Origin: Candidatus Hodarchaeota archaeon
Lineage (GTDB): Archaea > Asgardarchaeota > Lokiarchaeia > Sigyniarchaeales > SOKP01
Direction: 5' to 3'
Assembly (NCBI GenBank): GCA_048886685.1
Contig: JBHLKM010000014.1
Location: forward strand, 59,903-123,902
DNA length: 64,000 bases
The translations under genes were made by a program, and so were the position numbers. Shown piece after piece: positions 49,834-57,748 of the stretch. The notes under the pieces were generated by a model, which had not been told where the DNA came from, ran no database searches, and saw only the letters and a list, made by a program, of their open reading frames with translations. Numbering within the stretch: the first letter of the stretch is position 1; each line of letters starts with the position of its first letter.

Positions 49834-51651
49834 TTATACTATTTCTACATTCAAATCTAGGTTATTTGTGCTAAATATTTTTGAAATTATAGACCCTAGT
49901 AAAGGAATATCCCCAGTTTCAAGAATTTGGCTGGTTTTACAGACTTTTTCCAAAGTTTGCCATATAAGAGCTTCTTCTTGTATTTTCTCTGTGAATTGTG
50001 TTAATTTTTTCTGAGCTAAATAAGATTGACCCTTGAATAAGTAGCATATAGAGAATTTTTCCAGAGACTTCATGAGAATCGTGTTCTCGCCGTATTTAAT
50101 ACGATCAAGGCGTTCAGAAAAAAGTTCATCCCCAAAGGACTCGAATGCAGACAAAAAATTACTGATGAGATCGCTTTCGATTGTTAGGTCTTCAGAAAAA
50201 TTTTTTGAAAAAACAAGAGATCCCCCCTTCTCGATGATTAGAAGTAATACAGGATCCTCATTAATAGATTCCGGTGGTTCTGTCGAATTTCTTCCTTTCA
50301 TACGCGCTAAAACTCCATCAAAAGAAGCAAGTTTTAACCGTTCTGATATTGGAGCATTTGTTCTTTTTAATTGCTCCAAAATATCTTGTTGCTCAAGTAA
50401 ATGATCGTGATTATTTGATATTATTTGGGCAAAAAATTGAAGATCATGCGTCTCAGCCATGCGTTGAGCTTCAGTAAGTAACATTCGCGTCTTATCGAAA
50501 TTCATTTCGATTAATGCCAGTCTAGCCTTAAATATTTTCACCTCAGTAAAAAATAAATATGATTCATATTCTTCTGCAAATTCATGCAGTTTAGAAATGT
50601 AGGGATTTATTTCATCGATTATTCCTAAATCATTGGACATTCCTAATTCTTCTATAAATAAATCACATAAAAAATATAAGGCATATGCATATACTGAAAT
50701 ATTAGCGAAATACTGAAATGTTAACGATTTTTTAATGTTAAAAGTATCATCGTCAACTACTTGTTTCAATAATCTTTCAGCTTCAGCACGATCTCGTGTT
50801 CTAGTACTTTCCTTTAGTATTATTCCTCTCGCTGTTGAATAACAATAGGTGAAATACTTCATCGTATTATTGTCAGCTAATCTTTTTAAATTTTCCACAC
50901 ACTCCTGTGCTGCATCATAAGAATCAATTTGAAGATAAACTATTGTTAGTAGGAGAAGAAGTAAGCCTTTATCAAAATCGACTTCAATTTTTTCGGAGAT
51001 TGCTATCCCATTTTTAAGATACTCTACTGCTTTATTGTAATCGCGCTTTATAGTAGAAATAAAACCCAAATTATACATAAAAAGGGGAATAAAATTATAA
51101 AGTTTTTCCTTAGTTGCAAATTTAAAACCCTCTTCACTATAAATAAATGCCTGAGAAAGCTCTCCTCTCATTGTATAAATAGCTACTAAAGTATTAAGGT
51201 TATTTACTTTAACAATGGGACCTATTTCATTGATGGATAAACTTTGCAAACAATATTTAACAGCTTGCTCCGAATCATTAATATCCCAATAATTAAGTCC
51301 AATTAAAGAAAGGCTTGCTGCAATCCTTTGTTGATTGTTCAATTCTTTATGAATTTCCAAACTTTTATAACCATAATTGAGGCTAGTATTGAAATTTCTC
51401 TTTCCACGGTGTATATGTCCAATTAGGTACAAATTATCAGCGATATATGCTTGTTTGCCAATTTTTAAATGCAATTCTTTACACTTCAATGCTATTTCCA
51501 ATGCTCTATCAAAATCACCTCTAAAAAATAGCCCCCAAGCGTCCTGTGTGAATTTTATTATAATTTCAAGCGCTTCCTCTATTTTTCCATCATTTATTAA
51601 TTTCTCTACAAGAGTGAATTCATCAGGACTTGAATTAGACATGGTTTTCAA
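49834..51651 (-). CDS. TPR-repeat protein with C-terminal longin-like domain
   Basis: TPR helices; C-terminal LLIIEKGGSLVFS...LISNFLSAFESFGDELF pattern. Start probably ATG 51642. Confidence 0.8.
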   Translation of the reverse strand: MKTMSNSSPDEFTLVEKLINDGKIEEALEIIIKFTQDAWGLFFRGDFDRALEIALKCKELHLKIGKQAYIADNLYLIGHIHRGKRNFNTSLNYGYKSLEIHKELNNQQRIAASLSLIGLNYWDINDSEQAVKYCLQSLSINEIGPIVKVNNLNTLVAIYTMRGELSQAFIYSEEGFKFATKEKLYNFIPLFMYNLGFISTIKRDYNKAVEYLKNGIAISEKIEVDFDKGLLLLLLTIVYLQIDSYDAAQECVENLKRLADNNTMKYFTYCYSTARGIILKESTRTRDRAEAERLLKQVVDDDTFNIKKSLTFQYFANISVYAYALYFLCDLFIEELGMSNDLGIIDEINPYISKLHEFAEEYESYLFFTEVKIFKARLALIEMNFDKTRMLLTEAQRMAETHDLQFFAQIISNNHDHLLEQQDILEQLKRTNAPISERLKLASFDGVLARMKGRNSTEPPESINEDPVLLLIIEKGGSLVFSKNFSEDLTIESDLISNFLSAFESFGDELFSERLDRIKYGENTILMKSLEKFSICYLFKGQSYLAQKKLTQFTEKIQEEALIWQTLEKVCKTSQILETGDIPLLGSIISKIFSTNNLDLNVEIV

Positions 51652-51789
51652 ATTGTAATATTAAGATTTAAAAAAAAGGAAGAAAATCACACTTAAAAGA
51701 CTTATGGAAAAGTGGATGTTAATAATTTAAGTCTCTTCATTGAAAAAGGATTTCAAGCTTTAGATATATAGTTAATAGGAAGCAATCCT

Positions 51790-51833
51790 ATTGTCCATCT
51801 TTCACTAGCATTTGTTGAAAGATATCATTCAAT
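51790..51833 (-). promoter_or_regulatory. eukaryote-like SECIS element (kink-turn hairpin)
   Basis: mRNA sense: AUUG-A-AUGA-U-AUCUUUCA-ACAAAUGCUAG-UGAAAGAU-G-GA-CAAU. Helix I AUUG/CAAU, AUGA...GA core, perfect 8-bp helix II, AAA in the loop. Confidence 0.75.
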
Positions 51834-52313
51834 TTATCTAAAATTTCTTTTAATTTTAAAGTAGTGAGAATAAGATTCATGGTTTTTCCCATATTTTTGC
51901 ATGATGATTTTTTTGAATGTACCATAATCTAACCTTTCTTTCATAACATCAGCTCATCAATCAGCATGTACAACTATGGTTATATTACTATTGGGATATA
52001 GATTGGTGTTAATATCATCCTGTAAATTCATAAATTCTCTATTTGGACCATAAGCATTTACAGCACAATCTTCATAAATTCCATTTTCTTCACCATCCCA
52101 AATTAATTGTAAATAACTGAATATAAATCCTTTAAAGATTGGAAAAATCTTATTTTCTGGTTCGGAATATACTTGTTTATCTATGGCACTAAGCGTGTCT
52201 ACTATAGTCCCATTATCATCTATATTTATCTCGTATTCTAAGCCCTTTGACAATCTTTTCTCAGGGTCAGGTGCAAAAATTGTTAGGTTAACTTTCTTAA
52301 TTTCAATAATCAC
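51834..52313 (-). CDS. putative selenoprotein, MoaD/ubiquitin-like beta-grasp fold with tandem UGA-UGA (codons 119-120)
   Basis: The track ORF 51957..52313 ends HAD-TGA-TGA, the frame stays open for 39 more codons to TAA at 51834-51836, and a SECIS-like hairpin follows at once. Confidence 0.65.
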
Positions 52314-52347
52314 CCCAAAATAATTAAAATAATAAATTTACTAAAGT

Positions 52348-52638
52348 CTATATAAGTCCTTTAGCTTTAAGAAGCTTTGGTAGTTCTCTCTTTAAAATAA
52401 ATGATGAAGAAAACTTTTTCTCTCCATCAACAACAATACATTTATTACGAAGATTGAGATTTCGTGCTTCTTCTGAATTAAGATTCTTCGTATCATAATC
52501 AATATGTTTAATATAAGGTGTGAGTTCGATGAAAACTCGATTCATAAACTTGTCCCACTCACACGCGCAAGCATCTAAAGGAACATAAATGTCTACTTTC
52601 AGTTTTCCGTTATTTTCTTCTTCACTCATATCAAACAC
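52348..52638 (-). CDS. small thioredoxin-fold-like protein with CxC motif
   Basis: VDIYVPLDACACEW ... CIVVDGEKKF; in the ars operon. Confidence 0.7.
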   Translation of the reverse strand: MFDMSEEENNGKLKVDIYVPLDACACEWDKFMNRVFIELTPYIKHIDYDTKNLNSEEARNLNLRNKCIVVDGEKKFSSSFILKRELPKLLKAKGLI

Positions 52639-52653
52639 ATCATTAATATTAAT

Positions 52654-52872
52654 TTAATTATTATTTTCTATAGTTTTATTTTGCTCACAGTGAGGTTTAA
52701 CGCCACAATATATTCCTTTCTTCAAGCGTTTAGGATTTTCAAGATCACAAGGCCCTTCATGTGAACATTGTGAATCCCCATGAGCAGTACAAGATTGACC
52801 GTAGTAATCTGGTGATGCCCGCATTTCTTTCATGATTCTCTCGATTGTTTTATCTATATTTTCTCCTGTCAT
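52654..52872 (-). CDS. small Cys/His-rich protein
   Basis: CTAHGDSQCSHEGPC...YCGVKPHC; directly downstream of acr3. Confidence 0.75.
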   Translation of the reverse strand: MTGENIDKTIERIMKEMRASPDYYGQSCTAHGDSQCSHEGPCDLENPKRLKKGIYCGVKPHCEQNKTIENNN

Positions 52873-52941
52873 ATCTCTTTCTTCTTTTTTTTATAATTAA
52901 TAATATACCTTCTGAAAAATATATTTTTTGAATATTTTTAT

Positions 52942-53979
52942 TTATTGTAATTCCCAAAAACCTTGTTTTTTAAGATATCGTCCTAAATAAACAATTGAAA
53001 GCATCACAGGAACCTCCCAAAAAAGACCCATTGTTGTCCCTAAAGCCGCCCAAGAACCAATTCCATAAATAGCAATAGCAGTAGCAATCGCAATTTCGAA
53101 ATGGCTGGAAGAACCTATTATAACTGTGATGATTGCCTCTCTGTACCTCAAGTTAGTGAGTTTTGTAATTAGAATATTGTATCCAACAACAATCACAAAC
53201 CCTACTAAGAGAGGAGTCGATATTAATAACAATAGATCTGGATTACGTATCAAAACATCACCATTTAATGAAAAAAGGACGACTAAAGTTGTTAACAACG
53301 CAATAATAGATATCTTGCCCACAATTGGACGGTATGTTTCATTAAACCATTCTTCACCCTTAGAAGATATAATCATTCTTTTACTTATTATTCCACCCAA
53401 TAACGGGAGCCCGATAAAAATAAATGTCGAAATTAATAAAAGAATCCAATCAATTGGAATACTTTTAATACCTGTTAGCAATGTTACCATAGGAGCATAA
53501 CCAAATATTATTGTTATCGTATTTAGACTTGTATTAATTACATTTTGCTCTTGGTTACCTTTTGCCATCAAACCCCATACCAAAACCATTGCAGTGCAAG
53601 GAGAACTAGAGAGTAGTATAATTGCAACAGTTAATTGCTTTATAGTTTCAGAGCTGCCAGGTAAAAATATATTCACCATCGCTAGACCTACAAATGGAGC
53701 GATAAGCCAATTAGAAATGATTGTTAAAATTATCGGTTTAGGGTTTCTACCTAATTTCTTCAACTCAGAAGCTTGAAGATTCAGCATTGCTGGATACATC
53801 ATTAAAAATAAACAAATCCCTACAGGCACAGAAATTTCACCAATTTTTAAAGAATCAATAGTTTCACTGATCCCAGGGATAATTTGAGATAATAGAATTC
53901 CGATAAGTATACAAAGAGCAACCCAAAGCGGCAAGAATTTCTCAAAGAAGCTAATTCTGCGACCTTTTTCTTTACTCAT
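52942..53979 (-). CDS. acr3: arsenite efflux transporter Acr3
   Basis: SFFEKFLPLWV, MMYP, NWLIAP, PCTAMVLVW, SHFEIAIA, EVPVM. Confidence 0.95.
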   Translation of the reverse strand: MSKEKGRRISFFEKFLPLWVALCILIGILLSQIIPGISETIDSLKIGEISVPVGICLFLMMYPAMLNLQASELKKLGRNPKPIILTIISNWLIAPFVGLAMVNIFLPGSSETIKQLTVAIILLSSSPCTAMVLVWGLMAKGNQEQNVINTSLNTITIIFGYAPMVTLLTGIKSIPIDWILLLISTFIFIGLPLLGGIISKRMIISSKGEEWFNETYRPIVGKISIIALLTTLVVLFSLNGDVLIRNPDLLLLISTPLLVGFVIVVGYNILITKLTNLRYREAIITVIIGSSSHFEIAIATAIAIYGIGSWAALGTTMGLFWEVPVMLSIVYLGRYLKKQGFWELQ

Positions 53980-54145
53980 ATTATTTCAGTTTTTATTTAT
54001 TAATTTTAAAGAAATTAAAAATTATCTTAAATAATAAAATTTTTATCCAAATAAAAATTTATTGATTTGAATAAGGTTTTATAAATTTAATTATCTTCTA
54101 TAAATATTGGATAAATGAGAATTGAATAATTCAATAGTGTTAGAA

Positions 54146-54532
54146 ATGAATATTAAGCATGAAAGGGAAATTAAGACAAAATTAATAAAATGTGAGGATA
54201 TTGAGAATCCTGATTTACATTTCAATCAATTAAGAGAATTAGGAAATAATATGATTCAAAATACTAGTTTTGAAGATTTATCTATATTCCTTAATGCGTT
54301 AGCAAATAAAAAGCGTCTTATGATAATAAATATTCTAAAAGAAAAAGATCGTTGTGTATGTGAATTAGAAGCGGTACTAGATGAGTCCCAGCCATCGATT
54401 TCTCATCATTTAAAAATTCTTGAAAGTGCTGGGTTAATTAGGGGTTGGAAAAAAGGCAAATTCACTCATTATGATCTTATAGAGAAACAGATTAATTTGA
54501 ATCTTGAATTATTAAATCAAAAATTAGCTTAA
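54146..54532 (+). CDS. arsR: ArsR family arsenic-responsive repressor
   Basis: ALANKKRLMII, CVCELE, SQPSISHHLKILE; divergent from acr3. Confidence 0.9.
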   Translation: MNIKHEREIKTKLIKCEDIENPDLHFNQLRELGNNMIQNTSFEDLSIFLNALANKKRLMIINILKEKDRCVCELEAVLDESQPSISHHLKILESAGLIRGWKKGKFTHYDLIEKQINLNLELLNQKLA

Positions 54533-54651
54533 ATATTGATATTATAACCTCTCCTCATTTAAAATTAATAGTTTATAATTATTAAACTTAAAAACTAAAT
54601 TGCTTATTTTGATCGTAATCTACCATTTAAATTTACTCAATAAAGAAAAAA

Positions 54652-54900
54652 ATGGCAAAACTAGTTCCAGATACAGAAGAAAGTTTGAATGTGTGTCGAC
54701 AGTTCTGTGGACCCTGTCCCTCATTCAAACTCCAACAACTTAATGAATTTGAACCAAATGCTCTATTTTGCTCAAGAGGTCCATCTTAAAAGCCAAAAGA
54801 CCAAATAGAAAATAAGGGTTGCAGTTGTTTTAGTTGTGGATTGTTCTCACAATATGAATTAGAAAAAGGTTTTTTCTGCATGCCATGGGAACAGAAATAA
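54652..54900 (+). pseudogene. DUF2769-like Cys-rich protein with an in-frame TAA (54787-54789)
   Basis: MAKLVPDTEESLNVCRQFCGPCPSF...ALFCSRGPS*KPKDQIENKGCSCFSCGLFSQYELEKGFFC; the Cys pattern continues across the stop. Confidence 0.75.
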
Positions 54901-55210
54901 TCAAAAAGTAATTCATTTATTTTTTTTTAGCTTTTTATAATTCTAATATTTAAATTTCCTAATTTATTTATCTTAGGAGTTATAAAATATTACCGAGATT
55001 ATTTTAAAATATCTTAAATTTTATGAATTAATGAGAATTAATAATCAGACCAAGCTAGGATTTCTTACCTTTCGCTGCTGTATTTTTGGTTGTTGTTAAA
55101 CAACAGTTTCATTAATTCTCGCTTAACCATCAAAAAATTCTATTGAATAACACTTGTTTGGTTAAAATTGCAGAATTTTTATTATAACAACTTAAATTTG
55201 GGAGGTTAAA

Positions 55211-56194
55211 ATGAGGTCATTATCATATAATAAACAAAAAGGGAAGATAGGAACGAATAATAATTTAAGGGTCTATGATAGTATTGAAGATTTGATTTCA
55301 AATAAGGAAAATCCTTCTCCTTTAGTCAAACTGAATGAAAGAATAAACCCAAATGTAGATTTTCCAATTTATATTAAATTGGAACGATACAATCCATTTG
55401 GCTCTATAAAAGACAGGATTGCCTATTTTATGCTGAAAGATATTACATTTAAAGAGGGGCAAATTATTATAGAACCTTCGTCTGGAAACACAGGGATTGC
55501 ATTAGCATCTTTAGCTAATGCAAGAGGAATACAAATTGAAATTGCTGTGCCATCTAGAATTCCTGAAGAAAAAAAAATACTATTAAAATTACTTGGTATA
55601 AAGGAATTATGGGAAGCTGATGATAACCTGTGTCCAAAGTTTCCTAATGAAGGAGCAAGAGGAGTAGTTAATGGAATATTAACTAGTAAAGGTGGAGAAC
55701 GATATTTTAATCCAAATCAATATGCGAATGACTTAAACGTAGAAGCTCATTATAGAACTACAGGTCCAGAAATCTGGGAGCAAACCAATGGAGAAATTGA
55801 TTACTTTTTCGCTGCTACAGGTACTTGTGGCACTATTACAGGAGTTGGTAAATATTTAAAAGAAAAAAAACCATCTGTTAAAATTATAGGGGTAGAACCA
55901 TCAAATACAATCCATAATATACCTGGTTTAAAGAGAATAACCGACCTTGATGAGAAGTTAATTCCAAAAATATTAGATAAATCGGTAATTGATGAAATTT
56001 TAGATGTGAGTGATGATAATGCTTATCAAACTGGTATCCAGTTAGCAAGAAAAAATGGGATTTTGGTAGGACCTTCAACAGGGGCAATTTTAGCTTCTGC
56101 TTTGAAATATGCTAAAGATCATGAGGGAATAGCTGTTATTATTGCACCTGATGATGCTGCGAAATATATTAGTTCTTATGAACCATACGTTTAG
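55211..56194 (+). CDS. PLP-dependent cysteine synthase family protein
   Basis: KLERYNPFGSIKDRIA, EPSSGNTGIA, NQYAN, GTCGTITG, GPSTGA. Confidence 0.92.
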   Translation: MRSLSYNKQKGKIGTNNNLRVYDSIEDLISNKENPSPLVKLNERINPNVDFPIYIKLERYNPFGSIKDRIAYFMLKDITFKEGQIIIEPSSGNTGIALASLANARGIQIEIAVPSRIPEEKKILLKLLGIKELWEADDNLCPKFPNEGARGVVNGILTSKGGERYFNPNQYANDLNVEAHYRTTGPEIWEQTNGEIDYFFAATGTCGTITGVGKYLKEKKPSVKIIGVEPSNTIHNIPGLKRITDLDEKLIPKILDKSVIDEILDVSDDNAYQTGIQLARKNGILVGPSTGAILASALKYAKDHEGIAVIIAPDDAAKYISSYEPYV

Positions 56195-56478
56195 AATTAA
56201 GAAACCAAAAATGATTTCCATTTAAAAAAATTTTTCAGAAAATTAGAAAATATCTTTTCTCTAATTCTTTTATTTATCCCTTATGGATAATTACTAAACA
56301 AGAAGCCTCATAGAAGAAATAAAAACTAATAAAATATTTTAGAGTTTATGAAATAAATTACTATTATATAAATTTAATGGTTTTTGTCGGGGATGTGTTT
56401 ACCAGTAAATATCATTAACGCTAAATATATATGTGTAAATGGTCTTTAAAATAGTGTTCATAAAAACCTAAATAAGAT

Positions 56479-57726
56479 TTGTTGAATTTTGCTATGAAAG
56501 ATTTTAGAGAGATTCCAGAATTTTCAAGGTATTTTCGTGTGATTTCGCCATCAAATCTTGAAGTCAACAAAGAGGAGATCTTTTATCGAGATAAATATAA
56601 TGACGTAATTAATTATATTAAGACAATCTCCACATTTAATAGTGAAAATGTTTTAAAAGAGTATATTTCTCCTAAAGGTGCTGTGTTAGTAAATGTTAAT
56701 CCTGGAACGGATATAATAGAATTTATTAAGTTAATCTCAATGAATTATTCGTTAGAGTTAATTGAGCTTAATAATAAAGAGATAAAAAAAGCTCCAGATA
56801 AGTTTTTGAAAAGCTTTATATCAATTTTGAAGGAAATTAGTGGAAAAGAAGAAAATGAAAAGATTTCGGGTGATTCTGATAAGGATTTTGAAAATAAAAT
56901 GCTATTAATTAATCAACAATTAAATTTCAAGCCAATTTTTAACGAAACTAATTTGCTTGAATTGTTTTCAGTTTCACAGAAAGATAGTATTTTCAACTTT
57001 ATTGAAGCTAATGTAATATTAATATGGATTAATTATGATATTCGAGATGTTATAGAAATCTCATCAAATGTTTATAACTCTTTTGATTTATTCATAAAAG
57101 TTCAATTATTAAATAAGATCGAAAGGGAAACGGTACTTAGGGACTTCTTAGAGAAAAATCCAAAAATTGTTTTTGATATAAATGCCCTAGTTAATTATAC
57201 TGATAATTGGGAAGTAAAGGATATAAAACAATTACTAAGGGTTGGTATTTTTAAACATTTTTTAAATTCAGAACTAAATGAGACTAGCAATGAGATTACC
57301 CATATTTTACTTGATTTGATAGATTCTGGTGAGTTTCTACCTTCTATTGTACCAAAAATTTCAAATGATCAGCAAGTTTCGGAAGAAGATAAAATTAATC
57401 AACATATAATAAAAAATATATCGAAAAGGGAAGAAGAACAATTTAAAAAAGCTAATAATGTAAATGAATATATAAATAATATTCAAGATTCAAGAATATC
57501 AGAATTTATGTTAGGTCAATTATATGAAAATGCTGCCTCTATGAATTACAATGAGCTCTTACTCATAATTGATAAAATTGACAAGAAGGAGCCGTTAGAG
57601 GACAACGATAGGAAAATGCTGGCAAAGTATCCCTTTATATTAAATGATCCGCCCAATAAGGCACTAATTAATTTAGAAAAAGCTAAAAAAAGAGTCGATC
57701 GTATAAAACAAGCATTTGGTAAATGA
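56479..57726 (+). CDS. degenerate (inactive) AAA+ ATPase-like protein
   Basis: PKGAVLVNVNPGTD in place of PKGxLLxGPPGTGKT; AAA lid-like FD...ERETVLRDFL..DINALVNYTDNWEVKDIKQLL. Confidence 0.65.
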   Translation: MLNFAMKDFREIPEFSRYFRVISPSNLEVNKEEIFYRDKYNDVINYIKTISTFNSENVLKEYISPKGAVLVNVNPGTDIIEFIKLISMNYSLELIELNNKEIKKAPDKFLKSFISILKEISGKEENEKISGDSDKDFENKMLLINQQLNFKPIFNETNLLELFSVSQKDSIFNFIEANVILIWINYDIRDVIEISSNVYNSFDLFIKVQLLNKIERETVLRDFLEKNPKIVFDINALVNYTDNWEVKDIKQLLRVGIFKHFLNSELNETSNEITHILLDLIDSGEFLPSIVPKISNDQQVSEEDKINQHIIKNISKREEEQFKKANNVNEYINNIQDSRISEFMLGQLYENAASMNYNELLLIIDKIDKKEPLEDNDRKMLAKYPFILNDPPNKALINLEKAKKRVDRIKQAFGK

Positions 57727-57748
57727 AATATAATAAGATGAGGTAAAT

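Noticed and set aside
54042-54115. ArsR operator candidates (TTATCCAAAT/ATTTGAATAA; TTTATCCAA/TTGGATAAA)
   Set aside because: The location is plausible, but the region is extremely AT-rich and the spacing is ambiguous, so I could not define a site.
3647-54900. TAA stop-codon reassignment, suggested by three in-frame TAAs in two genes
   Set aside because: Many intact genes in the window end in TAA at their expected C-termini (pyk, uvrA, acr3), so nonsense mutation is the simpler explanation.
55072-55112. AUGA...AA...GA SECIS-like pattern on the minus strand
   Set aside because: The core is asymmetric and no minus-strand UGA-containing gene lies upstream; cysteine synthase is on the + strand.
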